From positions 1,054,001 through 1,118,000 of the forward strand of contig CP128815.1 in assembly GCA_051546255.1 (NCBI GenBank): a stretch of 64,000 nucleotides of DNA, given 5' to 3'. The position numbers were made by a program, and so were the translations under genes. The notes beneath the pieces are model-generated. The model worked only from the letters and a program-made list of their open reading frames with translations, searched no databases and was not told the DNA's origin. This DNA comes from Meyerozyma guilliermondii. Its lineage: Eukaryota. Below are positions 52,669 to 62,276 of the stretch, in pieces (position 1 is the first letter of the stretch; each line of letters starts with the position of its first letter).

Positions 52669-52804
52669 AAGTTCCAAAAATTCCCTGGACGCAGATACCA
52701 CAAGGATACCACATCAAGGAGCTGTCAGGTTGTAGTTTTCAACTAGCAAAAACATGATCTCGGACGAATCCTCACTGATACACGTAATATCCCTGCATAA
52801 AGAT
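52669..52804 (-). ncRNA. SNR14: U4 spliceosomal snRNA
   Basis: Minus strand AUCUUUAUGCAGGG...UAUCAGUGAGGAUUCGUCCGAGAU..UGUUUUUGCUAGUUGAAA...GGGAAUUUUUGGAA closely matches yeast U4 (U6-pairing arms, k-turn stem-loop, Sm site AAUUUUUGG at 52682-52674). Next to TMA20, as in S. cerevisiae. Confidence 0.95.
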
Positions 52805-52829
52805 GAAGAAACAGAGGTGGATGCGATGC

Positions 52830-52860
52830 TTTTATAGCAGCAGACGAGTGCCGGGTAACC
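52830..52860 (-). promoter_or_regulatory. U4 promoter: TATA box and Reb1-like site
   Basis: TATAAAA at 52836-52830 and TTACCCGG at 52858-52851 on the minus strand. Confidence 0.65.
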
Positions 52861-52940
52861 GAAAAGTTTCTGGAACAAAAAATTCAAGATCAGTACACCT
52901 ACACTGAAGGATAAATGCCATTCATGATATTCATTATGTC

Positions 52941-55700
52941 TTAGTCGGGAACAATTACTTCAGATTTGAAATCCTGAACAGTTATTGATTTGTAGTTCGA
53001 GATTAATTTGCGTGATTCTTCGTATTTCATTCTTCTTATGCACTCCAATACTTGTAAGTAGCTGTGGTTTGCAGCCAGAAAGCGAGTGGTAAATTGTTGC
53101 AGTTGGGCAGTAGGATCGTAAAACAGAACCATGTCATTGGCAGACAATTCTGTATAATGTGATGTGTAAAGCTCCAAGCGCTCCTCCTCGTTCAAGAAGC
53201 CTGATTCAGGCGAGAAATTATTGGGGTAAAGTTCTTCCTGCTCCAAATTGAATTTGTCATTGAACGACAGAGTAGTATTTGCAATCTGGAGAAGTTCATC
53301 ATCTAGGCCGTCGTCAAAACTGTCCTCTTCATTATCATCAGTTTCTGGTAAGCTAGTGTGGTGAGACTGTTTGGGATGGTCTTCTTGGTGATCACGAATG
53401 AAATCCTTCAAGGTCGGTTGACGACTCACTTTACGAACGCCAAGCGAAGCAGCATTTCGCAGTTGCCTTGGAAAATAGTCTGGCGCTTTGGTCGAACCTT
53501 CTTTACGGTAAGAAGTCTGTTCCACTTCTGATTCAGAACTTGAATCATCGGGTTGTAGTATTTTCTCCAAGGTGTCGTTTCCCGAACTTGGATACTCCTT
53601 TTCTTCAGTCGCTAACGGCTTGGCTTCTGGATCGACGAGTTGATGAGCAGACCGAAATCCGGTGACCACGTTGTCTGGCATAAAGAATTGTTTCGCAGGC
53701 TTTTTTGTCACCTTAGTGGTGGCTCGTTTCGAAGTTCCTTGAGTCATATATGTGGTAGCAATACGGATAATTTCGTCCTCATCTTCCACCTCTTTAATCT
53801 CATTGTTCTCTTCCGGAATCTCTATGAATTGTCTCTCCACTATTGGTGTGAACGACTGAGGTATTATTCGATTGCGAGGCAACAAAGAGATCATTTTTCC
53901 AGCCATAATGTGTTTTTGAATGTATTCATACCCACCCATGGCTTTGTCAAATTTCAGTTCTTCATTGCCTGAAAATAAAAGTAGGACTTTTCCGTCTCTT
54001 TTTCTTCCTGTTCGACCCATCCGTTGAATATTTTTTATTGGAGAACTGGTTGAGTCATAACATACTATGAGATCGACCTCTCCAATGTCCAAACCCTCTT
54101 CTCCAATAGAGGTAGCAACTAGAACATTAATGTCGCCCAGTCTGAATTTTTTCACAATCTCTTTTTGCACTTTTTGACTCATACCTTTCGCCTGTGCTAC
54201 CTCAGACGTTGACCGAGCAACTAGGGACGAATCTCTTGATTTGCTTTCAGTTTTCTTCTTTTTGGACTTGCCTTTGCTCAAGTAGGCATCTTCGTCGAAC
54301 TTTTCTTTCTCCTTAGCTTGTCCAATAAATATGTGAGGTTTCAATCCGTGTCCAAATTTTTCAATTGCGTTTACAATGTCTAGAGCCGACAGGCGAAACT
54401 CTGTGAATATGATAGCCCTCGATCCTAAGGCATCACAATGCTCACCAAAGACAGCCAACTCGTTCATTAAAACCTCCAACTTAGGATGGTCTGTTCCTTC
54501 CCCATCACTTGAAAGAGCACGGCATTTATCGCGGAGAGCCATGATACTGGGATGAAAATAAAACTGAACGGCGTTCTTGTTCTTTGAGGCTTTTTTCTTA
54601 TGTTTTGTAGTAAACTCTCGGTGCTTTTCAGAGAAATAGTCATAGAAAGCCTTGATACCGTAAATATTAAGTCGCCTGAAACATTGTCCTGCCACATTCA
54701 ACAACTGTAATATAAAATAGTTTGCCCATTTCAATCCTTCTGGAATAGTGGGATCAGCCTGTATGCGCTTCTGAGCTGAAAGCACAAGAAATGCATTGAT
54801 CTTCCTTGGATCAGTCATGTCGTAGATTTTGCGCTGATTTGCAAGCTTCAAGACCGGGGAAATAGCGTCAGCTAGTAACTCTTCGCATTCTCGGATATCT
54901 AGAGAGCTACCCACAGAAACTCTTTCAATTCGTTTTCGCTTCATGTACTTGGAAATGTCTATGCTTTCTTCTGTTCTCACTTCAACCTTCGAAATGTTTA
55001 AATTGTCAATAACTTCCTGAACACCCTCGACGTCTGATGCCGGTGTCGCAGTCAAGGCGAGAATACGATAGGAGGAATTGAACCGGTTCAAGAATTTGGC
55101 AACATTGTTGTATGCATAATTTCCACGAGCTCGGTGCGCTTCATCAATTACAAGCAACACTATCGACTTGGGGTTCACAAGGCCAGAAGCAAGGTCATTT
55201 TCGACCACTTGTGGAGTGGTGAAGAACACCGATTTGGATCTCCATATTTCTCCTCTGTTTCGTCGAGTCTTATCCAAAAGAATTGCCACGCTGGAAGAGG
55301 GAAGTCCCGTTATTCCGCAACACGCCTTGATTTGCTGAGCCACCAATGGCCGCGTGGGAGCCATAAATATGATTTTTGATTGAGGAAACCATCGGTAGAA
55401 ATTGAGCATTACTGTGCTTGCAATGAAGGTTTTACCCAAACCTGTGGGAAGCGCCACCAAAAGATTGTCGTAGAATGCCCTTTGAACAATATTGTACTGG
55501 TAATCACGTACTTCCAAGTTGGTAGGATAAATGTAGGTGGAAAGTGAGTCGTAGTCTATTACATGATGGCAATTATTCGAGCTTTCCTGAGATGTGTTTG
55601 GAGTCTTCTTTGAAGTTGCAGCCGCCTCGGATTCTCGAATCTGGTCTATATCGATATCAAAGTCATCAAAATCAGAACCGTCGGCATCGCCTACGTTCAT
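52941..55700 (-). CDS. MPH1: FANCM-family DEAH DNA helicase
   Basis: RDYQ, LPTGLGKT, DEAH, LTATP, ATSIGEEGLDIG, QRMGRTGR; ACGCG (MCB-like) at 55721. Confidence 0.96.
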   Translation of the reverse strand: MNVGDADGSDFDDFDIDIDQIRESEAAATSKKTPNTSQESSNNCHHVIDYDSLSTYIYPTNLEVRDYQYNIVQRAFYDNLLVALPTGLGKTFIASTVMLNFYRWFPQSKIIFMAPTRPLVAQQIKACCGITGLPSSSVAILLDKTRRNRGEIWRSKSVFFTTPQVVENDLASGLVNPKSIVLLVIDEAHRARGNYAYNNVAKFLNRFNSSYRILALTATPASDVEGVQEVIDNLNISKVEVRTEESIDISKYMKRKRIERVSVGSSLDIRECEELLADAISPVLKLANQRKIYDMTDPRKINAFLVLSAQKRIQADPTIPEGLKWANYFILQLLNVAGQCFRRLNIYGIKAFYDYFSEKHREFTTKHKKKASKNKNAVQFYFHPSIMALRDKCRALSSDGEGTDHPKLEVLMNELAVFGEHCDALGSRAIIFTEFRLSALDIVNAIEKFGHGLKPHIFIGQAKEKEKFDEDAYLSKGKSKKKKTESKSRDSSLVARSTSEVAQAKGMSQKVQKEIVKKFRLGDINVLVATSIGEEGLDIGEVDLIVCYDSTSSPIKNIQRMGRTGRKRDGKVLLLFSGNEELKFDKAMGGYEYIQKHIMAGKMISLLPRNRIIPQSFTPIVERQFIEIPEENNEIKEVEDEDEIIRIATTYMTQGTSKRATTKVTKKPAKQFFMPDNVVTGFRSAHQLVDPEAKPLATEEKEYPSSGNDTLEKILQPDDSSSESEVEQTSYRKEGSTKAPDYFPRQLRNAASLGVRKVSRQPTLKDFIRDHQEDHPKQSHHTSLPETDDNEEDSFDDGLDDELLQIANTTLSFNDKFNLEQEELYPNNFSPESGFLNEEERLELYTSHYTELSANDMVLFYDPTAQLQQFTTRFLAANHSYLQVLECIRRMKYEESRKLISNYKSITVQDFKSEVIVPD

Positions 55701-56345
55701 GAATTAGTGGTGAGATCGAAACGCGCGCGACTGAAAAATCGCATCGGTTTCATTAGTGAAGGACAGAATATGTACACAATTACGATCAAGAAAGAAGATA
55801 AGAGTGGCAAATCTGAACAAGAATAACATTGAGTAGATTAAAATCTTAGGTTTCTTCAAGTTGCAGATCTCGGTCTAGCACTGCAAAAAATACATGTAAG
55901 TGCCGGGTATTGCCTATATACGTTCCACGCTTACACGGCTATTCAAATCTTCTAACGCCGAAACGGTGCTTCATGAAAACAAAAAAAATCACTCAACTCG
56001 TTCAACCCTAAGTTGTGCCGACCGTTTGAACCGATCGGGGTCTTGGGTGCAGGAACGAGAATTGGTGCACTGGATGTAGTTTCCAACAGGCTTACTGATA
56101 TAGCACCATTTAAGGGTATGCGGAAGATGTGTTGACTATTAGGCACTTCTAGTACACCACCAGCCTTTTATAGCTGTTCCAAAGCTATTTTTATGAACAA
56201 GAAACTCACCTTTAAATAAATCGTAAGCCACCATCTATATCTGGTGCGGCTCATCTCGTGCGAAAAATGCCTCATTTTGCAGCCGACCTTGCATTATACT
56301 CACCAGTATAAATAGTATGGTCTACGACTCCAGGGTTTCAAAACG

Positions 56346-58031
56346 ATGGAGTCAGATAACCACTCAATTAGCTCGGGTATCACCAATAAAGCATCTCCCG
56401 TCGAGAAGGCTTCTGAAAGTGAAGAAGTTCTCCAGTACATAGCCACCAATGAAAAAGTCAAGCGGGTTGTAGACGATTTACTGCGAGATGCTGGAGCCCT
56501 TGGTGAACTCGAACAGCCTTATGATATAAAACGCTACCAGTCACACCCAGACCCTCATACCACGTACCATGAAAAAGATAAATGGCATTACCCCATTGAC
56601 CAAAAAACTGGGTTAAGAATAGTTGAGTTTGTAGAAGATGACAAGCAGAACCCTAAGAATTTCGGTACCGGAAGAAAGTGGATGATTACCGTGGTGTTGG
56701 GAATAATTTGTTTTGTGGTGGCTCTTGGATCTGCCATAGTAACAGGTGACTTGGAGGGACCAGCGGCTACATTTGGTGTTTCTGAAGAGGTGATTATTCT
56801 TGCCTCAGTCACCATGTTTGTGCTTGGTTTTGGCTTTGGACCATGTATATTTGCTCCGTTGTCCGAAGAAGTTGGAAGAAAACCAATTTATTCGGTTACT
56901 CTCTTTTTGGGAGTCATATTTATCATCCCCTGTGGATTAGCACAGAATATTGCAACCTTACTTGTGTGCCGTTTGATTGATGGTCTCGCATTTTCAGCAC
57001 CCATGACATTGATTGGGGGTTCATTGGCTGATATATGGAAAGATTCCGAGAGAGGAAAAGCCATGGCTATTTTTTCAGCAGCTCCTTTTCTTGGTCCGGT
57101 AATGGGTCCCATTTTCGGTGGTCTTTTGGGAGATTTTGCACCCACTTGGAGATGGATTTATTGGTGCTTTTTGATCGTTGCGGCGGTATTTTATGTCGTG
57201 TTATTGATTCTTGTACCTGAAACTCACGCCAATACCCTCTTGAAGAGAAGAGCCAAGAAATTACGCAAACAAACCGGTGATGAAAAGTATCGCGCTATAT
57301 GTGAACTTAAAATTAGAACCCTTCAACAAGTGGCCAAAGACTCTCTCTTAAGACCTTTTGTCTTGTTAAGTGAACTCATTGTGTTTTTGATCACTTTGTA
57401 CATGTCTGTCATTTATGGGCTCCTTTACATGTTTTTCTTTGCTTACCCAATCGTGTACATGGAAGGTAAAGGATGGTCCGCTTCCAAAACAGGAATTATG
57501 TTTATTCCTATTGGAGTTGGAGTGTTAGCTGCTACCGCTGTAGCACCCCTAGTCAACAAGGACTATAATAAAAGGGCACAAAAGTACCGTGATCGTGGAG
57601 AAATTCCACCCGCTGAACTTCGGTTAATTCCCATGATGATTGCTTGCTGGTTTATTCCTGCCAGTTTATTCAGTTTTGCTTGGTCTTCCTACCCCCTGGT
57701 GTCATGGGCTGGACCATGCTTCAGTGGATTTGGAGCTGGAATTGGTTTCTGTACTTTGTACAACCCTGCTAACAATTACATTGTCGACTCATACCAGCAT
57801 TATGCTGCTAGTGCATTGGCCGCGAAAACTTTTGTGAGATCTATTTGGGGTGCTTGTGTCCCATTGTTCACTATCCAAATGTATCACAGATTGGGTTATG
57901 AATGGGCTACCAGTCTCATGGCATTTATAAGTCTTGCATGTTGTCTTATTCCATATTTGTTTTTCTATTATGGAGCAAGGATTAGAAAGTTTTCTAGGTA
58001 TGCCTACTCGCCTGACCCTAAAGATAGCTAA
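56346..58031 (+). CDS. MFS drug:H+ antiporter, DHA1 family (Tpo/Nag3/Nag4-like)
   Basis: Multiple hydrophobic TM segments, [23 protein letters not shown] (motif C), WRWIYW, PET. Confidence 0.92.
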   Translation: MESDNHSISSGITNKASPVEKASESEEVLQYIATNEKVKRVVDDLLRDAGALGELEQPYDIKRYQSHPDPHTTYHEKDKWHYPIDQKTGLRIVEFVEDDKQNPKNFGTGRKWMITVVLGIICFVVALGSAIVTGDLEGPAATFGVSEEVIILASVTMFVLGFGFGPCIFAPLSEEVGRKPIYSVTLFLGVIFIIPCGLAQNIATLLVCRLIDGLAFSAPMTLIGGSLADIWKDSERGKAMAIFSAAPFLGPVMGPIFGGLLGDFAPTWRWIYWCFLIVAAVFYVVLLILVPETHANTLLKRRAKKLRKQTGDEKYRAICELKIRTLQQVAKDSLLRPFVLLSELIVFLITLYMSVIYGLLYMFFFAYPIVYMEGKGWSASKTGIMFIPIGVGVLAATAVAPLVNKDYNKRAQKYRDRGEIPPAELRLIPMMIACWFIPASLFSFAWSSYPLVSWAGPCFSGFGAGIGFCTLYNPANNYIVDSYQHYAASALAAKTFVRSIWGACVPLFTIQMYHRLGYEWATSLMAFISLACCLIPYLFFYYGARIRKFSRYAYSPDPKDS

Positions 58032-58772
58032 ATAATTTAATACTAATTTTCAGTAAAAAGTTCGATGCTAAGATGCACCGAGAAAAGTTTATTTACTATT
58101 CCCAACAATAGCTTCGCAATATCCGTTTATAGACTCCGCAATTCTATTTCCGCATTCTCCACTTGGGGTTCCCCGCCAGCTGCATTCTTCCAAGCCGCAA
58201 TTGAAATTGGAGGTAGTTCTCCGACATTTTTTTTATCATTCCGCAGCCCCCACTTCCCAAAGCGGAATGGCTACCGACGATAAGGTTACGAGCGCATCGC
58301 GGATTAATTGGCCTAGCCGAAATTTTTTTAGTTTAGGTTAAAATTAGGAACACCGAATATGGCGTTGAGGTGCGTATGATACGAGGAGCAACCTTATTAG
58401 CAAATACCAGTGAAATCGGTTTTTTGAAACTTGACGGATTAATCTATTTGCAGCTTCTCCTCAACCGCGCAGGTCTCTCCTCAACTGCGCGTAGCGGCTT
58501 TCCACCAATGCAGGCGAAGGAAAATTATGCACGTCCGTGCGGCACCCACGCGCACTAAATAGCGAAAACACCGATGCAGGACCAACGGGTCGTAGGGGAA
58601 ACTGACAGCGCGGCTGGGCGCTTCCATCCCCTCAGCCGAGCCATGTGAATGATTGCGAAAAAGACGAGAGCAACATGGCCACAGTATCGGCGGAGCGGAT
58701 AGGGTACAGGGGTTAAAGCTACAAATTGATTGAATAGTGAACGTCCAATGGTGTATTATGCTGTTGTAGTAA

Positions 58773-59387
58773 TTACGCTCTAATATCCAAAAAGTCATAA
58801 TCAAAGGGCCGGCCATTGATTATCTCTCGAGAATTGACAATATCGCAAAACTTGACGGATTTGCGTTTGCCAGTAGAGGCTGTTTTTAATGAAGATTTTA
58901 AATCGGAGTCTTCAAGATCGCTCAACGACAGTGACCATGATAAATTAGTTAACGATAACGAGCTCGTGTGTGAACAAACATCGTCTTCGCTTTCACATCT
59001 TTGCAAATCGTTGTTGTGGAGATTTTTTTCGGTGAGTTGTGGTTCTGGAACCAACTCGAATTTCGAATCATTAGTGAATTTGGGGCCGTAAAGCCATGTG
59101 ATATCTTGGTCTTTATACCAATTGATTTCGCTGGGAGGGATCTCTCCAAGGCTTTTGATCGACTTGTACCATCGCCTCCAGCACACATTTTCTAGCCGGC
59201 GGGAAATGGTGGAAGGAATGATAACGGAAATATCATCTTGATAGCATCGGATTGACTGGGAGTTATTTTGTCTCCAACATTGGTACAAATGAAAGTCATC
59301 AATGGTCTTGGGATCCATATAGTCAATGTTCTGATCGAACGAAGGACCCACAGCCAAGGTATTGATATCGTCAAAGGAGTATAACAT
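58773..59387 (-). CDS. Small Reg1/Reg2-like protein (DUF1752) with an RVxF-type PP1 docking motif
   Basis: RRLENVCWRRW..EINWYKDQDITWLYGP and KRKSVKF near the C-terminus. Confidence 0.75.
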   Translation of the reverse strand: MLYSFDDINTLAVGPSFDQNIDYMDPKTIDDFHLYQCWRQNNSQSIRCYQDDISVIIPSTISRRLENVCWRRWYKSIKSLGEIPPSEINWYKDQDITWLYGPKFTNDSKFELVPEPQLTEKNLHNNDLQRCESEDDVCSHTSSLSLTNLSWSLSLSDLEDSDLKSSLKTASTGKRKSVKFCDIVNSREIINGRPFDYDFLDIRA

Positions 59388-60077
59388 GGAAGTTGGAAGG
59401 CGGTATAAAAAACACGCTTATTTTTTTTGGATGGAATATATGATTAATTCGTTGATATCTGGCACAATTTTGGTATTTATAATGTACCCGTGAAATAAAA
59501 ATAACCTTTTATCGGCTTATAATAAACAATAGTTTGAACAACAAGAGTCGTCGTCTCCTCTTTATACCAGTCATCTATCGCCGCGCCGCATCCCCCACCA
59601 ACCGTGGAGAAAGGAGGTGCATATGCATGCCGGGAAGTGTTTCCGAAAGTGTCATGTGCGGGTTGCCGCATCGAGCCCAGAGGGGATACCGAGGCGTTGC
59701 ACGCAATAATTGCCGGCGGAATTTTAGAATCGGGGATGCTGCACCGAAGCACGTTCGGATTAGTTATAGCGATAAAAATTACGAATATTTGAGAAGTGAA
59801 ATTTTTTTAGCCACCAACAATCCGGAATTTAGAAAACCTGCGCTTTTGACACTTAGTCATGTGGAAGTCGGAATGCCACTAAAGTATGTTGTCTTGTTTC
59901 CTCATCTAACTCCGAGGCTGGTTTGCCCTCCACCCGAGATTTCCCGGGGATATTCGCGCGGTCCGCCTCACGTCAGCTTTGGCGAAGGCTTGGTCAGCAT
60001 TTTTCAGCCACCCACGACAGCCCCATTTGTCGGAGCCGCCGTAGCCGCAGCCACCGCTTTTGATGCCGCGCGGTAAC

Positions 60078-60086
60078 TCACGTGAC
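60078..60086. promoter_or_regulatory. Cbf1/bHLH E-box upstream of the AVT transporter
   Basis: TCACGTGAC about 55 nt before the ATG; another GTCACGTG lies upstream of IRS4 (12145-12152). Confidence 0.5.
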
Positions 60087-60137
60087 CTCGCTACATCTCC
60101 ACAGTCTCAATTTTGATGTTTTACCACTTGATGCATC

Positions 60138-61988
60138 ATGTCCAAACCGGCTCACACAGGTACTCCCATGAGTCGTGAGTCTACGAGCAGCTTCCAGCGT
60201 ACGGGATCGCCTCCTGTGCCGACGCTGAGCTCTCCAAACTCTACGCAAGATTCTATTCATGGCACTTTGAACAATAAAGACATCGATTTTAGGGCCGTTT
60301 CGAAACACTTGGTAAATCAAGAAGATACTCTTAAACACCAAGGAGGTGACGTGGCCCGTCACATATACCAGCAAATGGACCACGTATATCGGAATGAAGA
60401 CCAGCGACCAAAACGAACAAGAAGCTCTTCATTTTCTACATACTTGGATGAAGCTCGCAGAAGAGAAAGTACTGCTAGTGATCTAAATGTTCCCGGTGGA
60501 TTCCGCCGTGAGTTTCTCATTAATAAGTCCTTGAAGGAAAACCAAGAACCTCCAAACTTTCTCACCAGCAATTTTATGGAGTTTTTGAGCATTTATGGTC
60601 ATTTTGCTGGTGAAGATTTCAATGATGAAGACGATACTAATGAAGATAACTATGATGAAGTTTTCGATGAAGAATCTCTGTTATTGGGCGATCGAAGACA
60701 CGGACAATCGAACTCCCAACCTCGAAAACAACCAAAGGGTTCAGCATCTGTTGCCAAGACATACTTTTTGGTGTTTAAAGCACTTGTGGGTTCCGGAGTT
60801 CTCTTTCTTCCTCGAGCATTTTGCAATGGAGGACTTGTTTTCTCCATCTTCACACTTTCCCTCTTCGGGTTCTTGACATTCATGTGTTACATTATACTCA
60901 TCAAGACGAAAAAGATTTTGAATTTGTCATCGTTTGGTGAATTGGGTTACAAAACTTATGGTAAACCACTCAAGTTTTGTATATTGATCTCGATCATTAT
61001 TTCGCAAGTGGGGTTCGTTGCCACTTACATCTTATTCACGGCGGAAAACATGACGTCGTTTTGTCGCAATTTCCTCAGCATAGACAGCCCTTACTTGACC
61101 ACAGCAAACATTGTCATCATTCAATGTATTTTCTTGGTTCCTCTCGTTTTGATTCGAAACTTGGCCAAATTATCACTCATATCTTTAATATCTTCGGTGT
61201 TTATTGTGGTGGGTCTTCTTATCATCTTTTACTATTCCGGTCTTCAACTTGCTGAACAAGGATTGGGTCCCAATATTGTGAACTTCAACTCCAAGAGTTG
61301 GTCTATGCTCATTGGTGTTGCAGTTACGGCATTCGAAGGAATAGGATTAATCTTACCAATTGAAGCCTCCATGGCCAAACCAGAAAAGTTCCCTCAAGTT
61401 TTGTTCATAAGTATGGTTTTGATTACCACTTTATTTGTTTGCATTGGTACCATTGGCTACACTGCATTTGGAGAAGAGGTAAAGTCGATCATTATTCTCA
61501 ATTTGCCCAACGATAGATTATCGGTCAATATGATTATGGTGCTCTATTCGTGCGCCGTATTTTTGACGGCACCGCTTCAATTGTTTCCTGCAGTCAAGAT
61601 AGGAGAGTCCACTCTTTTTGGGTTTCTTGTGTCGGCGGACTACAAAGGTTTCAAAGATGAAGATGGTAGATTGTACCATGGTTCAGGAAAATACTCTACC
61701 AACATCAAATGGTTGAAGAATTTGTTCCGAGCCTTGTTTGTCATCGTGATATGCACGTTGGCTTACGTCAATTCAAAGAACATCGACAAGTTTGTATCTT
61801 TCAACGGCTGTTTTGCATGCATTCCATTGGTGTACATTTATCCTCCACTTATTCATTTGAAAACCTACCAATATGACAAACAAGAGACTAAAGTGGGTAA
61901 GTTTTTGAAAGTGTTTGATGTGATTCTTGTGGCAGTGGGAATTGTGGTGGTCACCTACACAACGTACCAGATTCTCTTTCTCAACTAG
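60138..61988 (+). CDS. Vacuolar amino acid exporter, Avt3/Avt4 family (AAAP/SLC36)
   Basis: LNVPGGFRREF, NFMEFLSIYGHFAGEDF, KALVGSGVLFLPRAF, FEGIGLILPI, PLQLFPA; acidic dileucine-like DEESLL. Confidence 0.93.
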   Translation: MSKPAHTGTPMSRESTSSFQRTGSPPVPTLSSPNSTQDSIHGTLNNKDIDFRAVSKHLVNQEDTLKHQGGDVARHIYQQMDHVYRNEDQRPKRTRSSSFSTYLDEARRRESTASDLNVPGGFRREFLINKSLKENQEPPNFLTSNFMEFLSIYGHFAGEDFNDEDDTNEDNYDEVFDEESLLLGDRRHGQSNSQPRKQPKGSASVAKTYFLVFKALVGSGVLFLPRAFCNGGLVFSIFTLSLFGFLTFMCYIILIKTKKILNLSSFGELGYKTYGKPLKFCILISIIISQVGFVATYILFTAENMTSFCRNFLSIDSPYLTTANIVIIQCIFLVPLVLIRNLAKLSLISLISSVFIVVGLLIIFYYSGLQLAEQGLGPNIVNFNSKSWSMLIGVAVTAFEGIGLILPIEASMAKPEKFPQVLFISMVLITTLFVCIGTIGYTAFGEEVKSIIILNLPNDRLSVNMIMVLYSCAVFLTAPLQLFPAVKIGESTLFGFLVSADYKGFKDEDGRLYHGSGKYSTNIKWLKNLFRALFVIVICTLAYVNSKNIDKFVSFNGCFACIPLVYIYPPLIHLKTYQYDKQETKVGKFLKVFDVILVAVGIVVVTYTTYQILFLN

Positions 61989-62276
61989 CTAGAATAACCG
62001 ACAGATAGAAAATAATGAGAGAAAATAATTGAAAAAAATATATTTTATAGACAATACGCAAATATGGAAATAACGCAAAACGCAAGTAACGCTCAACTAC
62101 CCTATTCACTTGTAAACTTACCGTTTTCGAAGATCCGCCCATTTTTCAGCTTTTCCATTTTCGAATCTTACCCATCTTAATTCGCACCCATTTTCCAGTA
62201 TTCGGCTCTGTTTTCGGACCTGCACACAGTATCGTATAATCCCCCACATCATGAAGAGCAGACTTTAACAACAACA

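Noticed and set aside
59477..60076. 180-aa and shorter ORFs in the spacer between the Reg1-like and AVT genes
   Set aside because: No recognisable domain, and the 180-aa ORF starts at TTG; a GC-rich divergent promoter explains the lack of stops.
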